Origin: Octopus vulgaris
Lineage: Eukaryota
DNA: 64,000 nt
Direction of reading: 5' to 3'
NCBI GenBank assembly: GCA_951406725.2
Contig: OX597831.1
Coordinates: forward strand, 8,060,001 to 8,124,000
Part shown: piece after piece, positions 26,048-38,795 of the stretch
Layout of the letters: each line of letters opens with the position of its first letter
Numbering within the stretch: position 1 is the first letter of the stretch
Translations under genes and position numbers: made by a program
Notes under the pieces: model-generated
Databases searched by the model: none
What the model was told of the DNA's origin: nothing
Seen by the model: only the letters and a program-made list of their open reading frames with translations

Positions 26048-26599
26048 CACTAGTGAGTTCTATGAACATCAAATTCGTAAGCTTGATCCATATAAAATAG
26101 TCTGTAAATTCCTCTCTTAGCCCCCAAAGAAATGCTAATCAGCTAGAACTGTTTCATGGTTTTTGCTGTTTAATTTTGAGACGGGTCTAATTCACTAAAG
26201 ATGTCCCTTCTAAACTATCCCACCTTTCTTTTTTTTTTTTTGTTCATATAATGTGTCATTTCTTTCTTTTAAAGGTAGAATGTAACTGGAGGAGATTTGG
26301 CTGCTATTTCTATCTGGTTCATCAACTGCAGAGAGACTCACTGTTTTCCTGTTTTCTGGAGGTAAGCAGAAGAAAGACAACCCACCACTGTAGGCAAAAT
26401 GTCATTCTATCATATGCAGAGCCATCTTTAGGTGCTCAAGGGCCTTGGTGCTGTACCAACCTCCACACATATTCAACTGTTGCCTCCTATGTTAAAGTTC
26501 TGCCACCTTTTTGCCATGATCCCTTTGAGGACACTTTCACAATACTTACGGAAGAATAAGCATTAATTCTTCTATTGTAATGTGTTTTCCTTTTCTTTG

Positions 26600-27735
26600 C
26601 AGATTATTTTATACCAAAATGGTTAAATTCTTTTTGATTTTACCCTTTTAAAATGAGTTTAAATCAGACCCCTATCAGAGACTACAAGCTGTATGAATTC
26701 AAAAGGGCCTCTTCGGTAATAAAAGTGACAACGAAATATTCATTTTGTCTTTGGAAATGAAGCTTTAAGTGTTTGGATATGAAAATGATGGTCTGGCCAG
26801 TTTCACTTGGGAATTTTCTTCTCTCACAGCTCTCTTGCTGTTTGAATGACCAGCTTCTGTTAATATTGAGCACCTGAAAACCATAGTTGAGGAAAATCCG
26901 AAGCAAGCTGCATGAGAATTAGCAAAACAGTTCAAGTCACACTTCAATCTTAAAACACTTTCATGAACAAGGAAATGTGTCTAAATTTGGTCAGTGTCTC
27001 CTTCATCATATGACAGTTTCTCAGCTTAATCAAAGAGTTCCCCTATGTTTATCATTGAAGAGTAGACTTGCAACCAAACCTTTCCTGGGTAGAATTATTA
27101 TGACTGATGAAAAGTGGATTCCTTATTATGATATCCAATGAAAAAAGGAGAATCTATTTCCAAACCAGGGCCACAGCAGAAAAAGGTTACACTCTGTCTT
27201 TGATAGGATATGAAGGGTGTCGTCTGTCATGTAATGTTAAACCAAAACAAAACAGTTAATGCAAAGAAAATATTGTCATCAATTGGAAGCACCAGACAAC
27301 ATTTGCAGAAAAAGCAGCCATTATTGGTGATTCTTAAAGGAGTGTTGCTATTACATGATAATGCCACACCACATATTGCCCAAGTCACTTAGGAAAAGAT
27401 CTGTGGCCCTAAATATGGACGCTTTGTGCCATCTTCCTTATTCTCCTGACCTTTCTCTGTCTGACCATCATCTTTTGAGATCATTGCAACATTATTTAGA
27501 GGAGAAAATATTTATTAATTGTGAAAAGGTTAAAAATCATGCTGAATGTTTCTTTGCTTTGAAATCTGAAGAATTTTATGCCTGAGGGATCAACAGTTTT
27601 CCAGATATATTAGGATTATGTTATCAATAATTAGAGGAAATATTACCTTGATTAAATATATCAATTAAGACCAAAGAAGCATTTGTTTTGTTTCCCATCT
27701 TGAAATCTGACAGAACTTTCATTCCAACATTATAT
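26600..27735 (+). mobile_element. Decayed mariner element (5' TIR not found)
   Basis: ATG 26653. Motifs VEENPK, IIMTDEKWIPYY, LLHDNATPH and HLPYSPDLSLSDHHLLRSLQHYL (D,D34D-type). The 3' end reads gaactttcattccaacattata. Confidence 0.9.
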
Positions 27736-27779
27736 ATATCTTTGTCCCCTATTTACTTCCTTGACTGACACACAAACTC

Positions 27780-30170
27780 TTTAAATATTTATTATCCCTT
27801 ACTCACCCCCAAACCCAACTTCTGCCTGACCAGAATTGTTCCCACACCTCACAAGTTAATGTCTACCCACCATATGTATACATTCCTCCTGAATCCATTA
27901 GCACTTTGTTAGCCCAAATTTCAGAATTCTTCTTGTTCTATGCTAACCATTCTTGGCAATGCTTCACCCTAGACCATCCTTGGCAACAGCTACTCAGATG
28001 AATGCAATTATTCTCTTAATCAAATCACTCCACATCTCACCACTTCAAGTCTGTCAAGTCATTCCCCCCCCCACCTGTGCTGCATCATTTCAGGCAAAAA
28101 AACCCAAAAAACATGGTCTATAAAGCTTCAAGAGAATCATCTCCCTTCACTTTTCAAAGTGGATATCTCTTAACAGCACCACAACACTTGTAAGACGCCA
28201 TACACTAGGCAACTCTCAATTTCCCCACCCTGAACAGCAACCAATCCTTGGCTCATCACCATTCACCTCCATTTGTTTCAAACAACAAGGTCACCAGTTC
28301 TAATCTCCCTTTCTCAAAGAATGCATCCTCAGCTAGCTCTCATACTTACCAAACTCTTTAATCTTCCTCTCAACTGATCTTTGGAAACTCATTACGTTGC
28401 ATTGTTTTTCCAAGAAGAACAAGTTATTCTATTGATATCTTTTACTGAACCACTAAGCTATGGGGATGTAAACAAACCAACACCAGTTGTCAAGTAGTGT
28501 AGGAAGCACAAACACACACACACACACATGCATGCCTATATACATATGTTTGATGGGCTTCCATACAGTTTCTGTCTACCAAATTCACTCACAAGATATT
28601 GGTTGACCCAGGCCTACAATAGAAAACCCTTGACCAAGGTGCTGTGGAGTTGGACTGAACCTGAAGCTACATGGTTGCAAAATGAGCTTCTTAACCACAC
28701 AACCTGCATAAAATATTATTGCACTTCTCTTTAAACATGAACAGCACACAACTTGAGTCCTTGCGATCACTTCAGATGCTAGGCCTCACCATCACTGAAG
28801 GTCTTTCCAGGTAAGTGAACACCTTAAACATAGTAAAAACCTTTCTACTATAGGCACAAGGCCTGAAATTGGGGGGAGGGGGATAGTCACTAACATCAAC
28901 CCCAGTACTCAACTAGTACTTAATTTATCGAACCCGAAAGAATGAAAGGTGAAGTTGACCTTGGCAGAATTTAAACTCAGAACGTAGCAGCAGACGAAAT
29001 ACCACTAAACATTTTGCCCAGCATGCTAACGATTCTGCCAGCTCACCACCTTAAACATAATAAATATAACACCTCAATGACTGGTTTATCTCTTCAGTAC
29101 CAGAAAACACTGTATTTGATGGCATATAAGACACACTAATTCCAAAACCTCTCCAAAATTCACCTTGGGTCCTATGTGTGAAATAGGGTCTCCCATAAGC
29201 TTTAAGGCACTAAAAACATTTTTTTTGTAAAAATAGGCTCAGTTGTAGTTGCTTCCCAACCACATTGTTCTGGATTCAGTCCCTTCGTGTGGCACATTGG
29301 GTAAGTGTCTTCTAGTGTGGCCTTGGACCAATCAAAGCCTTGTGAATGGATTTTGCAGATGGTAACTGAAAGAAGCCCATTGTGTATGTATGTATATGTG
29401 TGTGTGTGTGTGTGTGTGTTTGTGTTTGTCCCCCCCCCCCACTGCTTGACAATCAGTGTTGGTGTGTTAGTGTCACCATGACTTAATGATTCAGCAAACA
29501 AAACCGATAAAATAAGGACCGATCTTAAAAAAAATTTTTAATAAATACTGGGGTCAATTCATTTCACTAAAAATTCTTCGAGATGGTGCCCCAGCATGGC
29601 CACAGTCTAATGACAGAAACAAATAAAAGCTAAAAGCCAAAGGTGTGCTGCTGAAATTGCCGTGTACCTAATGCACCCCTGTGTCTCTTATTCTATTGAA
29701 TAGTTTGTCCTTAACAAATCAGCAATTGTTCAGTTAAGACCCTTCAATGGGGTACAACTCCTACAACAAGGACAGTACTGATTCTGTCATTAAACATGAA
29801 GAAATTCTTGGCCACATCTAAAGAAAAATCACTCCACCAATTGGCCTTAAGTCACTCCCAAACATAAACCCCACGTGGTCCAAATGTGGCTGTCTCTATT
29901 TCTTTTTTGCTTTTTTCTACAATAACCTCAGCTCTAAGGAACTGAAGTCTTATACTTTTCCACTCAGTTGCCTTTCACTCACTCCTATTTCCCCTTTTCT
30001 CGTTGTCCATATTGTATCCACTCCTCATTCCAGGTATTGCACTGACCACTGTGTCCAACCTTTTGTTCTCCAAATGCCAGCCAGCTGGATTCTTTGCAAG
30101 CTTTCCCTTGCAGTTGTCCACTTGCTACTATTTCAACATTAATGGTATCAAACTCATCAGTCTTGAAAGA
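27780..30170 (+). mobile_element. Highly decayed CR1/L2/Jockey-like LINE interrupted by three SINEs
   Basis: LKEC-PQLALILTKLFN (~28315-28365) and SLQMLGLTITEGLS (~28765-28810), plus a C-terminal-like segment at 29870-30150. SINEs at 28425-28708 (A,-), 28838-29050 (B,-, TSD ccttaaacata.taaa) and 29240-29635 (A,+). Confidence 0.6.
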
Positions 30171-30231
30171 ACAGCCACTGTCCTTTCATCAAGATGAAAC
30201 TAGAAAAATGAAAGTAAAACTAGCTTTTGGG

Positions 30232-30600
30232 TGCACGTGTGGCTGTGTGGTTAAAATACTTGCTTTGCAACCACATGATTTCAGGTTCAGTCCCGCTGTA
30301 CAGTACCTTGGACAAATATCTTCTACTATAATCCCAAACCAGCCAATGCCTTGTGAGTGGATTTGGTAGACGGAAACTGTACAGAAGCTCACCATATGTG
30401 TGTGTGTTTGTCAGCCCACCTTTTGACGACTGATGATGGTTTGTTTATGTCCTTGTAACTTAGTGGTTTGGCAAAAAGACCAGTAGAATAAGTACCAAAC
30501 TTATGAAAAATAAAACACAAAGGTCAATTTGTTCACCTAAACCCTTTAAGGTAGTGCTCCAACATGGCCACAGTCCAACAATTGAAACAAGTATATGATA
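30232..30600 (+). mobile_element. SINE family A copy
   Basis: gtggctgtgtggttaa...ggttcagtccc...gtgctccaacatggccacagtc. Confidence 0.85.
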
Positions 30601-30931
30601 CAAGCAATGAAATCCTACAGAACTCATCAGATCTTTTCCCCCCATTTAATGGTTCTAATTTCTCCTAAAATTTTACAACAGTAAATAATATTTTTACAAT
30701 TCCAAATCTTGTAACTTATTTTAAATGAAGAGTAAAAGTTTTTTCCCCCAAAACCAGTGAGGCTTTAATTAGGACATCTCACCTTGTTTGTTTTGGTGTC
30801 AGCTGTTTAGAAAATAAATAAATCAACCAGATTTGTTTTTAAAAAATTCTATATTTTCAAATGAATCCAATAAGTTTTTAGTTTGCACTCTGGCTGAAAT
30901 TGTGTCACGTTGAAGTTCACCTTTTGGGCAT

Positions 30932-31002
<71 letters not shown>

Positions 31003-31233
31003 GTAGATATGTATATGTATACAATGTGTGTGATCCATATATATCATACATACATAATACATACACACATACACACTCATATATATAAGTAGATATGTAT
31101 ATGTATACAATGTGTGTGTGATCCATATATATATATATATATATATGTACACGCATATATAGGCCTATATATATATAAATAAATATGAATACATAGGAGT
31201 TTATATATATATATATATATGTGTATATATATG

Positions 31234-31290
<57 letters not shown>

Positions 31291-31414
31291 GTAAAGTATA
31301 GAAGCTGCTATATATATATATATATATACATATATAGGCCTCTATATATAAATAAATATGAGTACATAGAAGTTTATATAGAAATATATATATATATATA
31401 TATATAATGTTGAA

Positions 31415-31671
31415 ATGCCTCCTCCTCCCCTTTATAATAATCTTCCTCCATCCATCCTCCTCCTCCCCCCTGCACAAGCTTCCCTCCCTCCTCCCTCTTC
31501 AACTATTATGGTCTGTAATCTCAGAGCTGAGAATCACGTTTCGCAGCAGAGGTAACGTTGCGATCACGTGACACCTCTGTCGGTGGGAGTGAGAATTTGA
31601 GATGTCATCGCCATGCGTGTTGCCTTGGCTTGCTGTGTGTCTCCGTCGTCGTCGTAGTTTGGTTATTTACT
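31415..31671 (+). promoter_or_regulatory. Putative promoter / 5' UTR of the exon-1 gene
   Basis: Abrupt shift from (TA)n to CCT-rich tracts and CpG-rich DNA. Palindromic E-box TCACGTGA at 31564-31571. Two out-of-frame upstream ATGs (31602, 31613). Confidence 0.55.
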
Positions 31672-33026
31672 ATGACCCAGACACTCTCCCACATTGGCAA
31701 TGTAGTAGTGTTTGAGGCGACGACTGGCGACAACTGGTCGCACCAGCAACAACAACAACAACAGCAGCACGACAATGCCACACCATTGTGCGCTGTCGAA
31801 ACGACGACTACGGCCTCTGGAGGAAGCGGTTCCGTTCTGGGTCTGCATCATCATCATCAACAACAACAATACCAACCTAACAGCATCACCAATGTTACTG
31901 CTGCCAGTCTCACTAGTATTCCACAGCAAACAAAGCCCTGTTCGAGTTCCCTCAGCGATACCATCATCAGTTCAACAACTGCTATCATCCCATCGACTGC
32001 CGCCGTATCATCATCTTCTTCTTCCTTTGGCGCTGTTCCTCCTCTATCTACTGCTATCGACGTTACCCATGCTACCATCACCGCATCCCTGGCTGCCACC
32101 AACAACACTGGAAACTTCCCTCCTTTCACAAACACTGCCACCGCCGCAACCAACATCAACAACAACAATAACAACAACAACAACAACGGTACGGTTATCC
32201 CGACCTCTTCTTGTATCGCCTCCAACTCTTCTACGACTTTGCATCATCAAGTAGAACCTGCTACTATTGTTCCTTATTCCTCTGGACATCGCTTATTGTT
32301 ATTATTACAACAACAACAGCAACAGCAGCAACAACAGCAGCAAGAACAACAACAACAACAACAGCAACAACAAACGTCAAGTGCGATCCCGAGCCCCACG
32401 GCTACGACAACGACAGCCCTGTTATCTCCGCGCTTGTTATTGTCACCCGTTCGCTCATCGACTTTGTCATTGTCTTCGTCGTTGAATTCATCCGGAAAAA
32501 AAAGCGACAACAACAACAGTAAGTTGGTGAAGAAATCGGCCAACTTGCTGTTACCTTCATCGTCAACTTGCACACTATCTCCACCGTCGTTACCATTATT
32601 ATCTTCTGGTTCCATTTCTGTTTGTTCTTCATCATCGTCATCGCACACCACAGTCTCTTCTTCCTTGTCATCGTCGTCGTCGTCGTCGTCGTCGTCGTCT
32701 TCGTCGTCGTCGTCTTCGTCGTCGTCGGCATCGTTATCTCACCGGACAGCCCGATCCCCGTCCACCTATGACAATAACAACTCCAGTGCTAACAGTACTG
32801 GCAGCAGCAGCCAACATTCAACTCTGCCCCTATCTCCCAGAAGTGACCCTTCTCGTAAATGTCGCGGATCGGTTGATTCCAGGGGTCCTACTAGCTCAGG
32901 TGAGACGACAACCACCACCAATACCGAAGAGGGACATCATCAGCGGATCTCTGCAAGTTGTGGAGAGACAGCTGGTGGTAAGGAACGTCTTTCAAAAATC
33001 GAGGAGAATATTGAGTCATCTATCAG
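31672..33026 (+). CDS. Probable first coding exon (~451 aa) of an unidentified gene; low-complexity disordered N-terminus (polyQ, polyH, polyN, polyS, Thr/Ser-rich)
   Basis: Only long non-microsatellite ORF in the window, and its triplet repeats stay in frame. First in-frame ATG is 31672 (MTQTLSHIGNVVVFEATTGDNW). It ends KERLSKIEENIESSIR at donor CAG|GTATTT (phase 2); alternative donors are CAG|GTGAGA at 32899 and GTG|GTAAGG at 32977. It sits in a CpG-rich island. Confidence 0.8.
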
Positions 33027-34332
33027 GTATTTTCAATTATCTATTTACCTTACCTTTTTCTAAAATTACCTTTTCACAGCCATTTTATATCCAACCGTGT
33101 CACGATAGACCTGTACAGCATTCACTTATTTCCCTGTCGTTCTTTTTTTAATCTTTTCTAACCCTTATTATGTATGTTTGTACATTTTTCCAGGGCGGCA
33201 GGATTTGGCAGAAACGGTCGAGTGTCGGTTAAAATACCTTGCGGTATTTAAAGTCACGTCCTTTAATGTTCTGCGTTCAAATCCTCCCGGAGTCGCTAAG
33301 ATAACATTACCAGTCGAATACAGGGAATCGATCGATTCGACATTTCCCTGAATACTGCGCGTGTCTTAGCTTTTGTAACATTCATTTCTTGGATCCTCGT
33401 TTATTTATATTTAAACAATGATGTATTTATAACAAAACGAAGCCTTTATCACTTGGTCTTAATTCGATTCCATGTGTATTTCACGGACAGCGAACAAATT
33501 TTATTTAATCGTTAATAACAATAATAACATCACCTGGGAATCTAAAATATATTTTTAAATCCCCACATTTCCAGACATTCATTATCCTCTCTGTCCTTCA
33601 TTATTATTTAGCCTTTTTTTATAAGTCATTCTTTATTTTGGTTTATTTTTCTTCCCAGAGAAGGAAGAAGCATCCTATATCTATGTTCTGTGTGTTTTTT
33701 AATGCTGTAAACTAAATCTTTAAATTCCTTAGTAATTTTGGCAATTCCAACATGAGTCTCTGGTTTAAACGAAAACTATGTGATAGAAGGAAACAAAAAA
33801 TATTTATATATATAAACCATTCGGTGAGACTTTGCTGCTTCTTTTGGAAACGTAATTTACTGAGCATTTCTAAGACACAGTTTCAGTTTCTTTGGATATT
33901 TTATTTCACTTAAAAATAAATGTTTACATTGTCTTAGAATTCCTGTGATCACTGCTGGTTCGCTAATTGCATGACAAATATTTATAATTAAAAGAATGGA
34001 AAGGTTTTTTTAAAAGAAAAAAAAACAGTACGTATAACTTAAAAAAAAAGATAAGGTAGTTATGTGCACTTAACTGTGTGTGTGTGTGTGTATATATATT
34101 ATATACATATATACTGTCTCATTCATGTGTGTGTATATATGTATATTATACACACACACACGCATACATTGGTGTTCTATTTACAAAACATTAATGTATG
34201 CTTGAGGTGTGATTTTTTAAAAATTTGTTTATAATTTGAAATATATACTCAAGTGTGATCATCTGATGTTTCGCATTTCTAATAAGTTGGAACTGTCAGT
34301 GTGTGTGTATACATACATACATAATACATGCA

Positions 34333-34427
<95 letters not shown>

Positions 34428-35033
34428 GCAAAATACGTGTTTGTGTGTATCCATACACATTGTCATACACACATGACAATGTGGCTTTTTTCCCCGTCTA
34501 ATAATGAAAGTAGGTCTTTGAACACACACACACACCGTATATTCATTCTATCGCATCTTCTCCCCATGCATTATTTGTTGATGCGATTGTGTTGCTCTAT
34601 TGATGCATTTTCCCGAGTCAAATGGACACATTTTTCAATCTGTACCTGTATATATATATCTGTGTGTGTGTGTAAATTTAACTACAAGGATTGTGTACAC
34701 ACACATACGCGCGCACACACAGACATTATAATCGCTAATGTTTTCGATAGTCGAGAAACGAAGCATGCCGTGATGGCAACCTTTATTATTCCCTATCTGT
34801 TGAGATTAACCAACTGCAAGGAGCCCAATAATCGATCGACGTGGAATCTTCATAGCTAATATTATACTTACTTCTCCTCTTCGCTCCACTGTTGTTTGTT
34901 TACTCTTTCCTTTTCCTCTATTCTTCATGTTAACCCAGCTTATCCAGACCTGATTAAGGGATCAGCTTAGATTTACATCATTGGAAGCGCTGCCTGTATT
35001 TAGATTATATTATCTGGATATAACATGTATATA

Positions 35034-35077
<44 letters not shown>

Positions 35078-35703
35078 AAGCCGATACTTGTTCATTACAA
35101 CCAATACAAGATTGGGTGATGAAACTGGGATTAGGTTTTAACTGTCTCATTTAATGCATTATTTTGTTGTGTGGATAGATGGATGGATGGATGCACTTGT
35201 GTGTGTGTGTATATCATGTGTGCGTGTTTATACATACAAGCATACATACCAATACAATTCACATATACATATACATTTATATATATGTGTACTTGTGCGC
35301 ATATGTCTGTGTATACATGCAATCATATATATATATATGTATACATGAATACATGCATAGATATATACATACACACACACACACACACACATGTTCTCTT
35401 CGTGTATATATGTGTACATGTGTATTATTCACGCATACGTACATGCACTTTGTGTCTGTATACACACACGCGCGCGCCTATTCTCTCTCTCGCGCGCACA
35501 CACACATATGTAAGAATAAATTAATGTATTGATTTTTTTCCCTGTATTTCTTACATTCCTATAAATTTTGAAGTCCTTGTACCAATTAAACGGGAACCAC
35601 AAAGATTAAATATGCTCGCATTTCATTTTATTTCGTGTAAAATATATATTTATGCCCGTCAACGACACACATACATATATGTAAGTGTATATTTGTATGT
35701 GTG

Positions 35704-35737
<34 letters not shown>

Positions 35738-36561
35738 ATATATTTATATGTATATGTATATATATTTATATGTATATGTGGCACTGAATATCGCCACATG
35801 GTGGCTAATAACACAACTGTCTGTATTTGTTTTTCTTCAGTCAATGCCAGAACGTTGCAGCCTCATTTACTGTAAATTCTGCTCTTCTTCTTCTTCTTCT
35901 TCTCCATCCTCCAAACGTGCAGCTTCCTCATAGTTTTCCCCCACAACTACAATAAATTCGATGCAGTGAAAAATGACGTCAAAATCAATTCTCCCGGTGT
36001 GTTTTCCCCCTCACGCACTCTCCATTAGAGTATCTCTCTCTCTCTTTCTCTCCTCCCCTCTCTCTCTCGTTTTACTCTGTTCATCTTTCTCTCTCTCTCT
36101 TTCTCTTCCCAACCCTGTCATATCTTTCTCTTCCTTTCTCCTCCCACTTCACTCATTCCCTATCTTCCTCGTCAACTGTTTTACATCCCTTTCTGTTTGT
36201 CTTACTCTCTTTTCTCTCTCTCTCTCTCATTTACTTTCTCTTTCTTTTTCGTTCTCCTTTCTCTCTCTCTCTCCCTCTCATTTCTGTTCGCCTCTTTTTC
36301 TCCTTATCAAATTTGTCCTTATTTCTTTGGTCTTTCTCTCCCTGTCTACCATACATTTTCTTTTCGAATCTCTCTTTTCTCACCTCACTCCTCTTTACTA
36401 TTTCCATCTCATTCCTCTCTCTCTGTCACTCACTCACACACACATATACATATACACACACACATACACACACACACACATCCTGCTGTCGGTTAAGAGA
36501 ACCACATCTTTCTTCCCTGCGTGTCAGACTGGATTGTCTGGCTTTTCAAATAACAATAACG

Positions 36562-36595
<34 letters not shown>

Positions 36596-38159
36596 TGCTG
36601 ATGATAACAATAACAATAAATAAAGAAAATTGAACAAAAAAACTTCTGATATCTTTTTTTCCTCTTGGAATCCTGTATCAACCCAATTGTGTGCGCGCGT
36701 GCGAGCGGTGTGTGTGTTATCTATATTTTCCGCTCCCCCCCTCTCTTCCCTCCCCAATCAATATATTCAACATCATGGCACTTAGTTTTGGCATTGTTAT
36801 GATAATTATGGCGCGATATCTTTGAATTATTTTTCCTTTTTTTCCATTTAAATGTTTTTTTCTTTTCGTTTGCCCAATTCAATCTTTATATTCTCTTCTT
36901 CATTTCTTGTTCTGTCTCTCTCAGATATTCTCTCCTGAAAAATCTGCCTTGGTTTGTCTATCTCTCTGTATATGTGTCGTGTTGTTACGTCTAAACTCAC
37001 CACTATTCCCAAATGTGTATTTCTATAAGGTTAAATACTCTCTATCGATTTTAGGTTGAAGAGAGGCTTCGTTCAAATGTGTCTACTTTGACAGCTTCTG
37101 TTGACTTTTAAAATTGTTGTTATTCTTTGTTAGTGACGGCGGTGGTGATGCTAGAATCTTGAAACTGTTATAGTTTTTATGTTTTGTCATGTCGCCTAAA
37201 ATATATTAGCCGAGGTTAGTAACAGATCGGTTTAATCTAATATAACCCATACGAAAATTAGCAGCCTGTAACAATCCCTCCAGAGCTAAAGATACCGACT
37301 AAAGCCTGAACAGCTGTCTGTCTACAAGATCGTTTCAACGTTAACAGGAAGTGTTTCAGAACTTTCTGCAAATAAACGAGTTTTCTGAACGAAAACAAAT
37401 TGAGAATTCTATTGTAATTCTATTCATGTGCGCATAATTTGCGGGCATACTTGTTTTGTATCTATCTATATGTATGTATGCATGTAATCGAATTTGCATG
37501 TGTGAATACGCACACAGACACCTTGTTATATTTGGGGATGGTCGCCGTTTTTGAATTAAACACTACCGCTATTTATTTGATCTTCACTTTATTATTTATT
37601 ATTATTTATCATTGTTTTTTCTTCACACGTTCTGTGACCTCTTCAGCGACTCTCTGTCCCACGTGTCTCCTCTCGCCCTTTTTATATCCTGGGGAATTTA
37701 TATGGGACTCACAGCCAATGACCTCGAGGATAAGTTCATTCAGCATCTACTAATGTGGAGACATGGAACTCCATGTACTATATCCTCTGGAAGCTCCTGG
37801 TTCTGCTAAAGTACATTCCCACTATAACCTTGAATATTCTTAAAGGTACCACTTTAGTCCCATGGGGCAAACAACTACTGACTTTGTCATTATTAGAAAC
37901 AGCATATATTGCAGTAGTCAGCTATATACTTCAACAAGAAAACTTAACTGTCATACTGCTACCTCTGGAGGAGCTCTTTGTCAGCTTGTTTCTCACATAT
38001 ATGTGTGTTTGTATCTATTTATCTATATATGAATGTGCATGTGTGTGTGTGTGTATATATATATATGAGTGTGCATATATAGGTGTATGTGTGTGTGTGT
38101 ATATATACATGCACAATGCACACACTCTTATGTATTTATACACACATACACTATTGTAC

Positions 38160-38390
38160 TTAACTCATTAAATCCTACTGTCCTATAAATAGGACACCAA
38201 ATGAGAACATTAAATAAGCTATATCACATTGTTCCAGTGTCCTATTTATAGGACACCAAGTATTTCCATTTCTACTTGAAATAAAGGAGTTTTCATAATT
38301 ATTTTTTTCATTTTAACCTATCTTTAATCGTCTGTAAAAATTTTAAAGTAATATTCAGAAATTTAAGTACTCTGGGACTTAATGGGTTAA
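38160..38390. mobile_element. TTAA-flanked piggyBac-like MITE with internal palindromes
   Basis: TTAA at 38160-63 and 38387-90. TIRs ttaactcattaaatcc / ggacttaatgggttaa. Internal tgtcctataaataggaca and tgtcctatttataggaca are inverted copies and each is a hairpin. Confidence 0.75.
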
Positions 38391-38399
38391 ACCTTTCGC

Positions 38400-38795
38400 T
38401 CTGCACCGAACATAAACCTTGACAACTTTTATCCTGTTCTCCAGTCTGGGCAGTCTTCTTTGTGTATCTCTAGTTGGTACCTTCCTTTTCAACTCTGCTT
38501 CTGTATTCTACTTCCAGCTATTTCTTCCTCACTTCCTCTCCTGGGTCCATATATTTCCCTGAGGGAAGGCCTTCCTTTCCCATGTCTTGTCGGCACTGAA
38601 TTGTTGTCAATGATTTTGTAACTTTGCTTTTTGTCTGGGTAGTAGTTTTCTATGCAAACCCATTTCTTCTTCAGGGAAGAGGTGGGCCATATTAGTCTGG
38701 CTACCGGACTTTGACCTGTCCTGCATGGAAGGCCCTTCTAGGGACTTGTACTCTGCTGTCATAGCTCTCAGAGTCATTCAGGTACACAAGCTACT
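38400..38795 (-). mobile_element. RTE-derived fragment (5'-UTR-like part joined to a decayed downstream part)
   Basis: Minus strand gcttgtgtacctgaatgactctgagagctatg...ccatgcaggacaggtc...ccagacta resembles RTE/Expander 5' UTRs. Confidence 0.45.

Noticed and set aside
31558-31671. ORF-track start at 31558 (MRSRDTS...)
   Set aside because: The start is TTG under a prokaryote-style ORF caller; the first in-frame ATG is 31672.
31663-33151. Overlapping alternative-frame and antisense ORFs over the exon
   Set aside because: Shadows of the triplet-repeat-rich coding exon.
35973-36623. 216-aa hydrophobic ORF (also 47764-48255 and 51410-51820)
   Set aside because: CT/T-rich low-complexity DNA giving L/S/F runs; not a credible membrane protein.
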